Assembly (NCBI GenBank): GCA_943788985.1
Contig: CALSSJ010000032.1
Location: 32,001 to 96,000 of the forward strand
Reading direction: 5' to 3'
Length of the DNA: 64,000 nt
Source: an uncultured Lentisphaerales bacterium
Lineage (GTDB): Bacteria; Verrucomicrobiota; Lentisphaeria; JABSQK01; UBA12247
Within the stretch, counting starts at the first letter, position 1. Every line of letters begins with the position of its first letter. Below the pieces are notes generated by a model. The model saw only the letters and a program-made list of their open reading frames with translations, was not told the origin of the DNA and did no database searches. A program made the translations under genes and the position numbers. Positions 53,246-63,796 of the stretch are shown here, piece after piece.

Positions 53246-53815
53246 CTACTCCGTGGCCGGCTCGTCGTCGACAACCTGACGGGTAATCTCTTGGACCTTC
53301 TGGTTCTCCGTTAACTTTTGGATCAGCCCACTGGCAAGCAGTTTGCCCAGGTCGCCTTCCTGTGCGGCCTTCATCAGTTCAGGATCGTCCATCATCTTGA
53401 GCAGGTCGGGGTCTTCCATCAATTCGCTCATCAGCGTCATGAGTTGGGCACTGCCAAGAATCTGGTTCGCCATCGTATCGATCGCCGGTGTGTCTCTGCC
53501 GGTCATCGCCTGAAGCTTCTCCTGGGAGATGTTTGGCAGCGCCGACTTGTTGGTCGCGACCTTCTCCTGGACCTCCTTCACCGTCTCTTCCGAAAAGGAG
53601 ATGCTCTCGATATCCGCCTCCTTCACTGTCACGGTGCCTACCGCCTTCGTCGCAATTTTGTAGGTGCCATCCTCGACGGAATGCACCTGGCCAATCAACG
53701 TTGTCTGATCTTTCAGCTGGATTGTTGCTTTTTTACCGCTAGGCTCGCCTGCGTAGCAGACTAGAGCAGTGAGAATGAGAAGGAGAATGAGAAGGAGAGT
53801 CAGTCTGTAGGTCAT
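53246..53815 (-). CDS. Exported hypothetical protein with an STI1-like (DP-repeat) C-terminus
   Basis: Signal peptide, a beta domain (IQLKDQTTLIG) and Met-rich LMEDPDLLKMMDDPELMKA. Confidence 0.6.
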   Translation of the reverse strand: MTYRLTLLLILLLILTALVCYAGEPSGKKATIQLKDQTTLIGQVHSVEDGTYKIATKAVGTVTVKEADIESISFSEETVKEVQEKVATNKSALPNISQEKLQAMTGRDTPAIDTMANQILGSAQLMTLMSELMEDPDLLKMMDDPELMKAAQEGDLGKLLASGLIQKLTENQKVQEITRQVVDDEPATE

Positions 53816-53945
53816 GATCAAATCCAGAAGAATTTACGAGATTAAATTAATAAATACCGTCAACTCACTGAAAATCCACTTCCCCAGCGAGGCGGACCGG
53901 TGTAATCCTGTGAGACCTTTGCCCCCATTCCCTGTCGAGACACGA

Positions 53946-55331
53946 ATGCTGCACACACGAATCTCCGACCTTCTTCTGGGAGACCAGACCACCGGTACCG
54001 TGGAGGTCCACGGTTGGGTCAGGACCCGCCGCGATTCTAAGGGCGGCTTTTCGTTCATTGAATTGAACGATGGGTCTTGCTTCAAAAACCTTCAGCTTGT
54101 CGCTGATGCGGACTTGCCAAATTACGCAAAGATTCAACACCTACATGTCGGGGCCTCCCTCCGGGTCACCGGAGAGCTGCGGGTTTCACCTGCAGCGGGA
54201 CAGGCGATTGAGTTGCAGGCGACCGAGGTCGAGATCATCGGCCAGTGCGATCCGGTCGGCTATCCTCTGCAGAAGAAGCGCATGGGGCTGGATAAGCTGC
54301 GCGAGTTTCCTCACATCCGCTGTCGTACCAACGCCATTGGCGCGGTCATGCGCATTCGCAATGTGCTCGCTGCTGCCACCCACGAGTTCTTCCAGGCACA
54401 CGGCTTCATCTATCTGAACTCTCCCATCATCACCGCCAGTGACTGTGAAGGCGCGGGCGAAATGTTCCGCGTCACCACCTTGGATTTGGATGCGCCGCCG
54501 CGCCGCGACGATGGCTCCATTGACGACAGCCAAGACTTTTTTGGCAAGCCCTCATATCTGACCGTAAGTGGCCAGCTCGAAGGCGAAACCTATGCCTGCG
54601 GCTTGAGCCGGGTTTACACGTTCGGTCCCACGTTTCGCGCGGAGAACTCCCACACCTCCCGGCATCTCTCCGAGTTTTGGATGGTCGAGCCCGAGATTGC
54701 CTTTGCGGACCTCGCAACCGTTGCAGACGTCGCAGAAGCCTACGTCCAGGCGTTGCTTCAGGCCGTGCTCACCCGCTGCTCGGATGACCTGGCGTTCTGT
54801 GATAAGTTCATTGAGCCAGGCCTCCGCGGCCAGCTCGAAGCTGTGGCCAGCGGCGCATTCGGCCGGATGCCGTACACGGAAGCCATCGACGTGCTCCAAC
54901 GGGCCGATGCGTCGTTCGGCTACGAGCCCAAGTGGGGCGTCGACCTGCAGGCAGAGCACGAGCGCTACCTCACCGAGATCTATGCGAAAAGGCCGCTCAT
55001 TATCACCGATTACCCGAAGTCGATCAAGCCTTTCTACATGCGCGTGAATGACGACGACCGAACAGTGGCCGCGATGGATGTGCTCGTGCCACGGCTTGGC
55101 GAACTGATCGGTGGTAGCCAGCGGGAAGAGCGCCTGGACATTCTCGACGCCCGCATGCTGGAAGCAGGCATGGACTTGGACGAGTATGACTGGTATCGGG
55201 ACCTGCGCCGCTTTGGTACTGTCCCTCACGGTGGCTTCGGTCTGGGGTTTGAGCGTGCCGTTGCCTATTGCACTGGGATGAAAAACATCCGCGATGTGAT
55301 CCCCTATCCACGCACACCCGGACACGCCTAA
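53946..55331 (+). CDS. asnS: Asparagine--tRNA ligase
   Basis: Motifs GWVRTRR, DCEGAGEMF, LTVSGQL, FRAENSHTSRHL, GGSQRE and GFGLGFER. Confidence 0.97.
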   Translation: MLHTRISDLLLGDQTTGTVEVHGWVRTRRDSKGGFSFIELNDGSCFKNLQLVADADLPNYAKIQHLHVGASLRVTGELRVSPAAGQAIELQATEVEIIGQCDPVGYPLQKKRMGLDKLREFPHIRCRTNAIGAVMRIRNVLAAATHEFFQAHGFIYLNSPIITASDCEGAGEMFRVTTLDLDAPPRRDDGSIDDSQDFFGKPSYLTVSGQLEGETYACGLSRVYTFGPTFRAENSHTSRHLSEFWMVEPEIAFADLATVADVAEAYVQALLQAVLTRCSDDLAFCDKFIEPGLRGQLEAVASGAFGRMPYTEAIDVLQRADASFGYEPKWGVDLQAEHERYLTEIYAKRPLIITDYPKSIKPFYMRVNDDDRTVAAMDVLVPRLGELIGGSQREERLDILDARMLEAGMDLDEYDWYRDLRRFGTVPHGGFGLGFERAVAYCTGMKNIRDVIPYPRTPGHA

Positions 55332-55472
55332 CGCAATTTTTCTGCCGTACGGCTGCAACCAAACGTTGTCTAGTTGCATCCTACCACGAGGTAGCCGAGC
55401 GAGTTCCTGAGCACCGGAACGCGGGAACCCCCGCCGCCCCTTGATCAACCGTCCCAGCGGGAGAAGTAAGGC

Positions 55473-56260
55473 ATGGCTACGAGCGAAACTCTATCGGAGC
55501 ATATCAAGGCGCCAAAGGCCGGCACCCGAAAATTCGAGAACGTATTCCAATCGCTCTCGCCGATGATTCTGGGTGTGGGAAGACATCATCCGCAACCTTT
55601 CGGTCAATGGCCGCAGTACCTACGACTTCCAAATCTTTCGCCACGGGCCCAGGCACCTCGTCGGGCTGTATGACGAGATCAACAGTTTCGTCTCGTTCGT
55701 GAAGGACGCGGCCGAACGTGGCTCCTCCAGTGAAATGGCCTTTGTCTTGGTCGACGAGCCGGGGAACGGCAAGACCTTCTTTGTCGAGTACCTCTTTCGT
55801 TGCTATCGCGAATTTCTCAGCCAGGCAGCGAACCGCCGCTACGGCGGCATTTCCGAGATCGAATCGCAGACCTTCGAAGATCCCATGGTCATGGCGCTGA
55901 ACCTCCACGAGGACCGCGTGGCCTCACTGCAGGCGCTGCAGTCTGAGTACGGCTATGACGATGCCCAAATTTCCAAGCTGCTCAGCAACGCGCGGCCCCT
56001 CGCAGCCTGATCTGACTACACACTGCGTTCGTTGCGTGAGCATTGCGGCGGTGATCTCGCCCGCATGCAGGATCACCTTCAGGTCATCCCCATTCCCATG
56101 AGCGAGACCCTCGGCACAGTCACCGGCAAGTACTCCCCCGTGATAAAATTACATCCTTGCCCAAGGATCTCCTGGGCGAGGAGTCCGTGCAGCGCCTGCT
56201 CCACATTCGGGACACGAACAATCCCTATCGCATCGACCTGCGAGTGGGCGCATTGGCCAA
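55473..56260 (+). pseudogene. PrkA-family AAA/serine kinase, truncated and disrupted
   Basis: FENVFQ, EINSFVSFVKDAA, a Walker A mutated to DEPGNGKT, SETLGTVTGKY and DLLGEESVQRLL. Has frameshifts and a TGA at 56008. Confidence 0.7.
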
Positions 56261-57291
56261 CCGGCCACTATCAGCTCGCCTTCAGCTCCACCGACAGCCT
56301 GGGAAATTCCGGAGAGTTGGCGTTCTGCGAGTTCGAGATCGACGCCGACCCGCCAGGCTGCAGCATCAATACCACAGGCTTCTTCGCACCCGCGTCCTGG
56401 AGCGGCTCTGTAACCGGCACCACCACAGGCACCGATGTTGCACACCTGACTGTCACCATTCAGCGCCGAAGCGACCTCGCCTATTTTGCCGGAAACCGTT
56501 GGCAGGGCAATGGCGTAGAAAAAAAACGCCGGCATTGCTGCCTGGCTGCTGCCCATCCACCTCACCTTTCTCGATCACGCTGAGACCTAAGATATCGAGG
56601 TCATCGTTACCGATGAGACCGACAATCGACAAACTTGCACCGGCCAATTTTCTCTGGACTCAGATCAACCGCTCCTCCACGTCGCACCAGCCCTCATAGA
56701 GGTCCCCTTCGGGGCCGTAATCGAGCCATTCATCGGCGTCTCCGTGAGCGACGGAGTTGATCCCAACCCAACGATCACCGTCTCTCCTGCCCCCGACTCC
56801 AATCAGCTTGGGGACCAGCAAGTTGTCTATTCAGCCACAGATGCAGCCGGCAATGAGGCAGAGGCTGTCCTGCGTGTCTATCGCGTCCGCATGGGCATCA
56901 GTGGCACCGTTTTCTATCAGGGCCTCCAACAGGGGGACACCTGAGTCCCATCGTCGGCTGGGACAGCGCCGCGCAGGGCTATGTCGCCATCACCACGTCC
57001 CAGGGACGCCAGGGCATGTTGGTGATGATGCCCCACCAGACTGACTTCGAGATCCGTGGCGTTTACGATGGCAGCACCTGCATCCAGCTGCGTCCCAAGT
57101 GGAACCTCGTCGGAGTTACTGAGCCCAGCCCTGTCCCCGACCTTGACGATTTCGTCGTCTGGTGGCATCGGCAGCACTTCCGTTCCCTGGTCGCGGGCGA
57201 GCTCCTGCAGCCATCCAACGGCTACTGGATTCATGCCCCAGCGCCCATCGAACTGGCCGCCACGAAACCAAGCCAGGAACCGGCATGTTGA
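56260..57291 (+). pseudogene. Remnant of a large Ig-repeat surface protein
   Basis: Ig-like STDSLGN, DUF5011-like VSDGVD...YSATDAAGN and C-terminal LRPKWNLVG...LQPSNGYW, spread over several frames. Confidence 0.6.
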
Positions 57292-57813
57292 CGAGTTGCA
57301 AGTGGAACGTTCATCTCGTTCACACTCACGGTTTGGCGCGCCAGACGCATCAACAGGGACGTGGCAGGCGAGACAGAAGAACCGGTAACCGGCGCAGCTG
57401 ACGGTGTAGACCACGTGGGGGCGAGCGGTCACGTCCGGATGCTCTTGCCGAGTGTCGGCGGCATAGCATACGACCTGAGCGGCGGCCTGCTCACGCGGTG
57501 CCGTCCAATCCAACACGGGCCAGGCGCTCCCCCGCCTCTCGGCTGTAGTGCTTGAACTCGACCAGCAAAGTGGGCACCCACCGCCGCTGAAGACGGCAGC
57601 GCTCCGAGGCGACGCCCCGCAATCATGCCCGGCGCGCAGCTGGACCGCTATTCGTACCAGTCCTCGAATTGCAATCCCGGTACGGCGACGAAATGCCGCG
57701 TGTTACTTACGTATCAATAGCTTTGGCAAAGGGCCAGAATAGCGCTACATGGTAAAGTAAGGCCCTCGTTTACCCAGTTGGGATTGCGAACTCCGCAACC
57801 TGTCAGGCATGCC

Positions 57814-59646
57814 ATGGCCACCCATGATCCAGTCTCCCGCTCCATCCTTGAGCTGTCGCAGATTAGAACAGACAGCTCCCGGCTCCCGCTTGGATTGCAC
57901 CTGTATGCCCTAATCCTGGGAATTGTAGGCCTGCTCATCAGCCTCAGCGCGTTCGCGGGCACCGGGATTGGTCTGGCGTACGCAGTCCACCAGATCACCC
58001 AGATTCGGGCATTCAGCGCCTCAGCAGTGGGCTACGTCGCCCTTGCTCTGGGCTTGCTTTCCCTCTGCCTTGCGTTTCTGCGCACCTTGCTGTTGCGGCA
58101 GGAGCCTCCCGAGCATTTTCCCATTGCGGACAAAGAGCCGGAACTGCACAGCTTTACCCGCGCCGTGATGCATGCGCTGGACCTGACCGTCGTTCCGGAG
58201 ATTGCTCTGAGTATGGAGCCGGACGTACATATACACGCCCCCACCAAGCCTAGACTCACCCTTGGCATCCCGCTGCTTTGCGCATGGAACTCCCGCGAGC
58301 TCGCCGGTGCTCTCGCCAGTGCCGGGACCCGCTGCCTGCTCGCGCGCAAGCAGCCCGGACTCGGCCTGCTTATCGTGCAGCGCGACTGGCTGCGCGCCAT
58401 GAGCCGTGGCATCCCAGCCAACGTCTTCAATCCATTGCGCCTGCTCTCGCCCGCGGATCGCCTCATACGCGCTGCGCTCTGGGCACTCGCTTCGGCTTTG
58501 GACGGGCTCTCTCGCCCGGTCCAGCAGGCAGTTGCGGAGATCGCAAAGCGTCAGGCCGTGGCCCTGGCTGGTACCGATGGGGCCCGCACCGCCGCCGCCG
58601 TCAGCGTTGGCTTTCGCCAACTGATCGCCGAGTTCCCGGACCGGCAGGTGCAGGGCGCGCTGCCCGAGAGAATCGGCCAAGCTACGAAGACAGTAGTAGG
58701 GCACATCCCGGAGCCCCCGCCTGTTGCCGGGGCTCTCAGCTGCGAGTTCCCAGCTGCCGACCTGCTCCGCGATCTGCCCGAATGGGACAACGCGGCCACC
58801 AAGGCCCTCTACAAGGCCCGACTTCCCGCGGTGCCCAAACGGAGGCCCAGCAAGGTCAAGGCAGTCGAAATACACGATGAGGAGATCTCCCGCACGCATC
58901 GGGTTTTCTGCGACTATTTCGGCGAAGCCGCCATGATCGGACTGGTCCCGATCTGGTCGCAGTCCGATTTTCTCCCGCGCCGGCAGGAAGCCGGTCTCGT
59001 GGCTCGCACTTGGCAGAACCATCAAGCGACCATGGATGACGCTGGTTGCGAACTTCGCACCCTGACCGAAGGCAAGTCGTTGGACCTTGTCGTTGCCGCT
59101 TGTCGTGACCACGAATCCCAGGAGCATGCCGCCTGGCAACGTTTTCTGACCTCTGCAAAAGGCAGACTGGCCTGCGCCCTCGTCCTGCTCGACACTCGGG
59201 AAGATGTCGAGGAAGAGCGCCGCCGCGAATCGCAATATCTTCGCGTTGTGACGGTCCGGCTGGCGGCCGGGGTGCAGATCGCCAACCGCCTTGCCGACAC
59301 AGCGAAGATCAAGCCAGAGAGCCAAAAACGCGGGCAGCGTCTGCGCACAGAGGTCGGGCGGATCCTTGAGCAGGCTTATTCTGAACTGAATGAACTGCCC
59401 AATCCTTACTCGGCAGATGCAACGGATGCTACAGTGGGCCAGTATTGCTTTCCGGTAGGGCTCCCAGAGAAGAATACCCCGGAAGAGCTAAGCGCGGCCT
59501 CCAGCCTCTTCATTCGCCGCGTCAACGCGCTCTACTTCCGCATTGTCGGCAGATTGGTCGAGCTCATGGAGTACAGCGAAGCGGGGATCACGCCGACGCA
59601 AGTCGAGGTCAGGGACGACAGCGTCTACGAGCTGGACCTGAAATGA
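57814..59646 (+). CDS. Membrane protein with a peptidase-M48-like domain lacking HExxH
   Basis: Two TM helices, then EPELHSF...LTLGIPLL...ELAGALASAG at the position where M48 proteases have ELxxVLAHExGH. Confidence 0.55.
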   Translation: MATHDPVSRSILELSQIRTDSSRLPLGLHLYALILGIVGLLISLSAFAGTGIGLAYAVHQITQIRAFSASAVGYVALALGLLSLCLAFLRTLLLRQEPPEHFPIADKEPELHSFTRAVMHALDLTVVPEIALSMEPDVHIHAPTKPRLTLGIPLLCAWNSRELAGALASAGTRCLLARKQPGLGLLIVQRDWLRAMSRGIPANVFNPLRLLSPADRLIRAALWALASALDGLSRPVQQAVAEIAKRQAVALAGTDGARTAAAVSVGFRQLIAEFPDRQVQGALPERIGQATKTVVGHIPEPPPVAGALSCEFPAADLLRDLPEWDNAATKALYKARLPAVPKRRPSKVKAVEIHDEEISRTHRVFCDYFGEAAMIGLVPIWSQSDFLPRRQEAGLVARTWQNHQATMDDAGCELRTLTEGKSLDLVVAACRDHESQEHAAWQRFLTSAKGRLACALVLLDTREDVEEERRRESQYLRVVTVRLAAGVQIANRLADTAKIKPESQKRGQRLRTEVGRILEQAYSELNELPNPYSADATDATVGQYCFPVGLPEKNTPEELSAASSLFIRRVNALYFRIVGRLVELMEYSEAGITPTQVEVRDDSVYELDLK

Positions 59647-60533
59647 GCGAGGAGCGCAATCAATCATACTACCGGGAGTACGATGGCTCGCTCGGCGACC
59701 TAGTGCGGGACATTCAAGACCAGGTTCGCGGACAGACGTTGAATGAAGACGATGCGGTCGCATAGCTGTTAGTCTCAGAGGAGCGATACACAAATTTGCA
59801 GCACTTGGCTCGGGGCGGTCGCAAGGAAATCTTGACGGCCAGATACGCCGCCATGGGGCTGGAGGTAGCGCTCGCGACGATCTCCGCCGAAAGCGAACCA
59901 GCCGTGGTGCACAGCTTTGTCCGCGAGGCCCGCCTCACGGCTGCCGCGCAGGCACCGGGGATCGTCCCCATTCTCGATCTGGGCGTCCTGCCCGACGGCC
60001 GGCCATCCTTTCCCATGCCATGGCTGCAGGGGAGGGCGCTTACCAAGTATCTCACAGACCCGCCCACGCTTGCGTTACGTGATGCTTTCGTGCTCTTTCG
60101 GCATGTGCTTGAGATCCTGAGTGTGGCCCACCAGCGTGATGTCGTCCATCTGGATGTCTCACCCGAGAACATATTGGTTCAGACCAGCGGCTATCCGCTT
60201 GTGCTCGACTGGGGCCTAGCCAAAGTGCTCGACGAGCGCTGTTAGGAGCCAGCGCTGGCCGACTGCTCCGTGGACCAGCTGTCCGTTCAACCCTGGCCCC
60301 TGCTCGGGGCGCACATTGTGTTCGACTCCAGGTTTCGCCACCGTGCCGGCCACGAAAAGATGCCGATCGCCGTGCATCGGTCTGGTGCGCAGGCCTTTGC
60401 CCCACATCGTCAAGGCGTGCTACCCGCGACTGCCGTCGGCGAACGTTCCAGCGCGCAACAGCGCGCCGAGGCTTTGCCATTTCGCGTCGTAGCACCGCCC
60501 TACCGCGATCTGCGCCGCGGGCACGTCACATAA
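59643..60533 (+). pseudogene. Ser/Thr protein kinase pseudogene
   Basis: LARGG, FVREARLTA, HLDVSPEN and DWGLAK. In-frame TAG at 59763 and 60243. The VAxK lysine is lost and no activation loop/APE is present. Confidence 0.75.
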
Positions 60534-61653
60534 GTTCGGAGCAGACTTCTCGTAACTGTGCGGCAGCTTCCTGCAGATCTGCAGGAGCATGCCCAGACTG
60601 CACGGTGAAGCGGATGCGTGCGGAACTCGCGGGGACCGTGGGCGGGCGAATCGCGATCGCGGCGATGCCCCGATCATGTAGCGCGGCCGCGAGGGCCAGA
60701 CACCGCGCGTTGTCTCCGACCACATACGGTACAATCTGACTGCTGCGCTCCGAATCCAACGGCAGGCCCAGAGCCCCGCGTAGCAGCCGCGCATTCTCGT
60801 GCAGACGCACCCGGGCGGCATCGGCACCGCTGACGGCTTCGACCGCTGCCTGGGTGGCCCGGACCAGCGCTGGAGGTAGACCAGTATTGTAGATAAAGGA
60901 GCGTGCGCAATTGACCAACTGCGAACGCATTGCCCGGTTGCTGATCACAAACGCGCCGTAGGTACCGTAGGCCTTGCCAAAGGTCCCGAGCATGGTGTCG
61001 GGCACCACGCCGAGCGCGCGACACAGCCCGGCACCGCCCGGCCCGAAGCAGCCGACGCTGTGCGCCTCATCCACGTGGAGCATGGCGCCGTAGCTCTGGC
61101 AGAGGGTTGCGATCTCCGCAAGCGGCGCCCGGTCTCCGTCCATGCTGAATACGGACTCTGTGATAACTAGGCAGCGTTGCCCGCGCGAGGCTTGCAGGCG
61201 CTTTTCGAGATGCGCAGCGTCGCAGTGGCGGTAGCGCAGGTGGCGTGCGCGTGAGAGGGCGATGCCGTCCAGAATACTGGCGTGCACCAGACGGTCGCTG
61301 ATCACCACATCTCCCTTGCCTACGAGCGCGGGGATGAGGCCGGTGTTGGCCAGATAACCAGAGCCAAAGATCAGTGCGGACTCCGCATCGTGCAGGTCTG
61401 TCAGCGTTGACTCGAGCTTGTCGAAGGCGGGATCATTACCGCTCACGAGCCGAGCTGCGCCACTTCCCCAGCCGTCAGTCTCGGAATGCGCCAGCGTCGC
61501 GGCGAGGCCCAGATAATCGTTCGCAGCCAGATTCAGTAGCTCTTTGCCCGCCACCAAAATCTTGCCAGCCACCAGCAATTGCGAAGTTCGCAAGGTTCGC
61601 TCTGCCGCGTCAGCTATCCGCTGTGCGGCCAGCTCTGCGATCCTGTCGCTCAA
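60526..61653 (-). CDS. bioF: 8-amino-7-oxononanoate synthase
   Basis: Motifs NDYLGL, HASILDG, ESVFSMDGD, DEAH, GTFGKA and IRPPTVP. Confidence 0.93.
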   Translation of the reverse strand: MSDRIAELAAQRIADAAERTLRTSQLLVAGKILVAGKELLNLAANDYLGLAATLAHSETDGWGSGAARLVSGNDPAFDKLESTLTDLHDAESALIFGSGYLANTGLIPALVGKGDVVISDRLVHASILDGIALSRARHLRYRHCDAAHLEKRLQASRGQRCLVITESVFSMDGDRAPLAEIATLCQSYGAMLHVDEAHSVGCFGPGGAGLCRALGVVPDTMLGTFGKAYGTYGAFVISNRAMRSQLVNCARSFIYNTGLPPALVRATQAAVEAVSGADAARVRLHENARLLRGALGLPLDSERSSQIVPYVVGDNARCLALAAALHDRGIAAIAIRPPTVPASSARIRFTVQSGHAPADLQEAAAQLREVCSELM

Positions 61654-62792
61654 CCAGCCACCATCGGCGCTGCGAGGCGGCGCTGCAGTGTATCTGCCAA
61701 TGCTTCAAGATTTGGAGGCAGGTCCGTGTCTACTTCCCAGATCTGGCCCCAGTTGTCGGAGGCGACTCTGTCTGCCATGATCCGGCTCCGTTCGGTGCTG
61801 CCAAGCTGGCGTTCGAGTTTCTTGCGCGCGGACTCGGCTGTCTCGCCACGCTCGACCAACCGCGCCTGGCGTACTTCCTCGCTGGCGTCCACAAGCACAA
61901 GATTGTGATTGACCAGCTTGGTCCAATTGGCCTCCACGAGAATCGCGCCCTCGATCAGCAGCACTCCTTTTGCGATCGTACGAGTTTCGTCATAGAGCCT
62001 GGCGAGGATGGGCTCGTGCATCAGTTGGTTTAGTTCCTGCAGAGCAGCGCTGTCAGCGAATACCATAGGGCCGAGCACCTTGCGGTCGATCGAGCCATCC
62101 GCGCATTCCACCTGGGCACCAAACCGCTCGACGATGCGGCGCCGGGTTTCGCAGTAGATGGTCTCCGGGCTAGTCCCAAGCACGAAGTGCCCTACCGCAT
62201 CCAGGCTGATGTGTGTGGCTGCGACACCGCGAAACTTTAGCATGGTCACGAGCTTGGCAGCTATGGTTGACTTGCCGGCGGCGATACCACCGGCAATCCC
62301 GACTGTGTAGCGGCCGAGAATCTTCCGTTCAAGTGCCTCTTTGATCGCGAGCGGGCAGTAGCCGCTCACGTCGCCACCTTCGCTGACGAGGGCCTTGACC
62401 ACACCGCTACTAACGTGGGCCAATCCGGGACTGGCGGGCAGGAATACGGTGTCGACCGACGGGTGCAGCGAGTGATTTACCCTGTAGAGAATCATCTCAT
62501 CTTCAAGGTCACCATTATGACGGACGCCGCGCACGACTACATCAAAGCCATGGCGATATGCGAACTCCGCAAGCAGCCCGTCGAACCGCTGGCAGGTTAC
62601 GTTCTCCAAATCGGCTAGGGCGCGGGCGGTTAGCGCCAGACGCTCTTCGACGTTAAACAGGTAGCGGCCAGATTTGGCAGGATTGTCTCCCACGACCACG
62701 GTCAGAGATGCGTAGGTCGCCGCGGCGCGCCGCACGATATCAAGATGTCCGTTGGTGATAGGATCCCCGGAAAACGCGTACACAGCACGCAT
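61650..62792 (-). CDS. coaD: Bifunctional phosphopantetheine adenylyltransferase / dephospho-CoA kinase (CoaD-CoaE fusion)
   Basis: N-half: DPITNGHLDI, VVRGVR and VSSGVVK. C-half: GIAGGIAAGKST, IDRKVLG..VF, MHEPI and EGAILVE. Confidence 0.9.
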   Translation of the reverse strand: MRAVYAFSGDPITNGHLDIVRRAAATYASLTVVVGDNPAKSGRYLFNVEERLALTARALADLENVTCQRFDGLLAEFAYRHGFDVVVRGVRHNGDLEDEMILYRVNHSLHPSVDTVFLPASPGLAHVSSGVVKALVSEGGDVSGYCPLAIKEALERKILGRYTVGIAGGIAAGKSTIAAKLVTMLKFRGVAATHISLDAVGHFVLGTSPETIYCETRRRIVERFGAQVECADGSIDRKVLGPMVFADSAALQELNQLMHEPILARLYDETRTIAKGVLLIEGAILVEANWTKLVNHNLVLVDASEEVRQARLVERGETAESARKKLERQLGSTERSRIMADRVASDNWGQIWEVDTDLPPNLEALADTLQRRLAAPMVAG

Positions 62793-62818
62793 GTCAGACT
62801 CCGGGCTTGCGCCAAAAA

Positions 62819-63796
62819 TTATGCATTGGATCGGGCTCTATGGGCGTTGGTGTCGATCAGGCGCGGCCGCTCGCCGCGCCCGGCACGTCGAAGGTCTTCC
62901 CCGCAATCAAACCCTGTATCATAGCGATAGTTGGGATCGCGCGCCATCATCGTGTAGACGACAGCCGCCAATGGCGTGCTGCAATCGGCCCGGACTTTGC
63001 GCAGGTCTGGCGGGGGTTGGTGCAGGCGGGCATGCACGACAGCCATGATTTCTTCGAGATCAAACGGGGGCTGGCCGGAGACCACATGATACAGGGTGGC
63101 CCCAAGCGAATAGATGTCGGACCGGTTGTCAGGATAGGCCCCGTCCAGAATCGATTCGGGGCTGAGGTAGTACGGCGTACCCTCGACCGCAGAGACATCG
63201 ACCTCGCCGGACTCGTGGGCAGTCACCATCCCGAAATCGCATACTTTCACCACGCCATGAGAGTTCAGCATGATGTTCTGTGGCTTCACATCCCGATGGA
63301 TGATCATGAACTTGCTCCAGACATAGTCGAGCGCTTCGGCCGCTCGCGCGCCCACTTCGCAGGCTAGGTCAATAGCCATCGGGCCTTGGATGTTCAGGTA
63401 TTCGATCAGGTTCACTGCATCAAAATACTCAAGCTCAAGAAACAAGACGCCATTCCTCTCGCCGCCGGTGTTGACCTTAATGATCGACGGGTGGTCGAGC
63501 TTACGTGCCTGCTCAATCTCGCGGGTAAATTCCCGGCGCGAGTGGTTGTTTATCTCTCGGTGCGCGTAGAAAACCTTTGCGGCTACGGTCTTGCCGTCGC
63601 TGCGAACTGCTCGACAGACGACAGCGTTAGCACCGACGCCGACAATCTCCCACAGCTGATAGTCTCCGAACTGAAGCGGGGCTTCACCTGTTAGGATCAC
63701 ATTCAGGTTCTGGCATGCACCGCAACGATGCATAACGCCAGCTTTACCGAGCGAGGTCTCTAAATCTTGGTCACAATGAAAGCAGGCCAGCGGCAT
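62819..63796 (-). CDS. Ser/Thr protein kinase with an N-terminal zinc ribbon
   Basis: CxxC...CxxC, then VAAK, HRDVKPQN, DFG, GTPYYLSPE and SDIYSLG. Confidence 0.92.
   Translation of the reverse strand: MPLACFHCDQDLETSLGKAGVMHRCGACQNLNVILTGEAPLQFGDYQLWEIVGVGANAVVCRAVRSDGKTVAAKVFYAHREINNHSRREFTREIEQARKLDHPSIIKVNTGGERNGVLFLELEYFDAVNLIEYLNIQGPMAIDLACEVGARAAEALDYVWSKFMIIHRDVKPQNIMLNSHGVVKVCDFGMVTAHESGEVDVSAVEGTPYYLSPESILDGAYPDNRSDIYSLGATLYHVVSGQPPFDLEEIMAVVHARLHQPPPDLRKVRADCSTPLAAVVYTMMARDPNYRYDTGFDCGEDLRRAGRGERPRLIDTNAHRARSNA

Noticed and set aside
56008..56010. Selenocysteine TGA in the PrkA-like gene
   Set aside because: The surrounding gene has frameshifts, a mutated Walker A and a truncation, so a nonsense mutation is simpler.
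59643..60533. Amber readthrough or TAG recoding in the kinase
   Set aside because: Intact genes (yajC, the pilin, the lipoprotein) end in TAG, and the kinase has also lost its catalytic Lys and activation segment.
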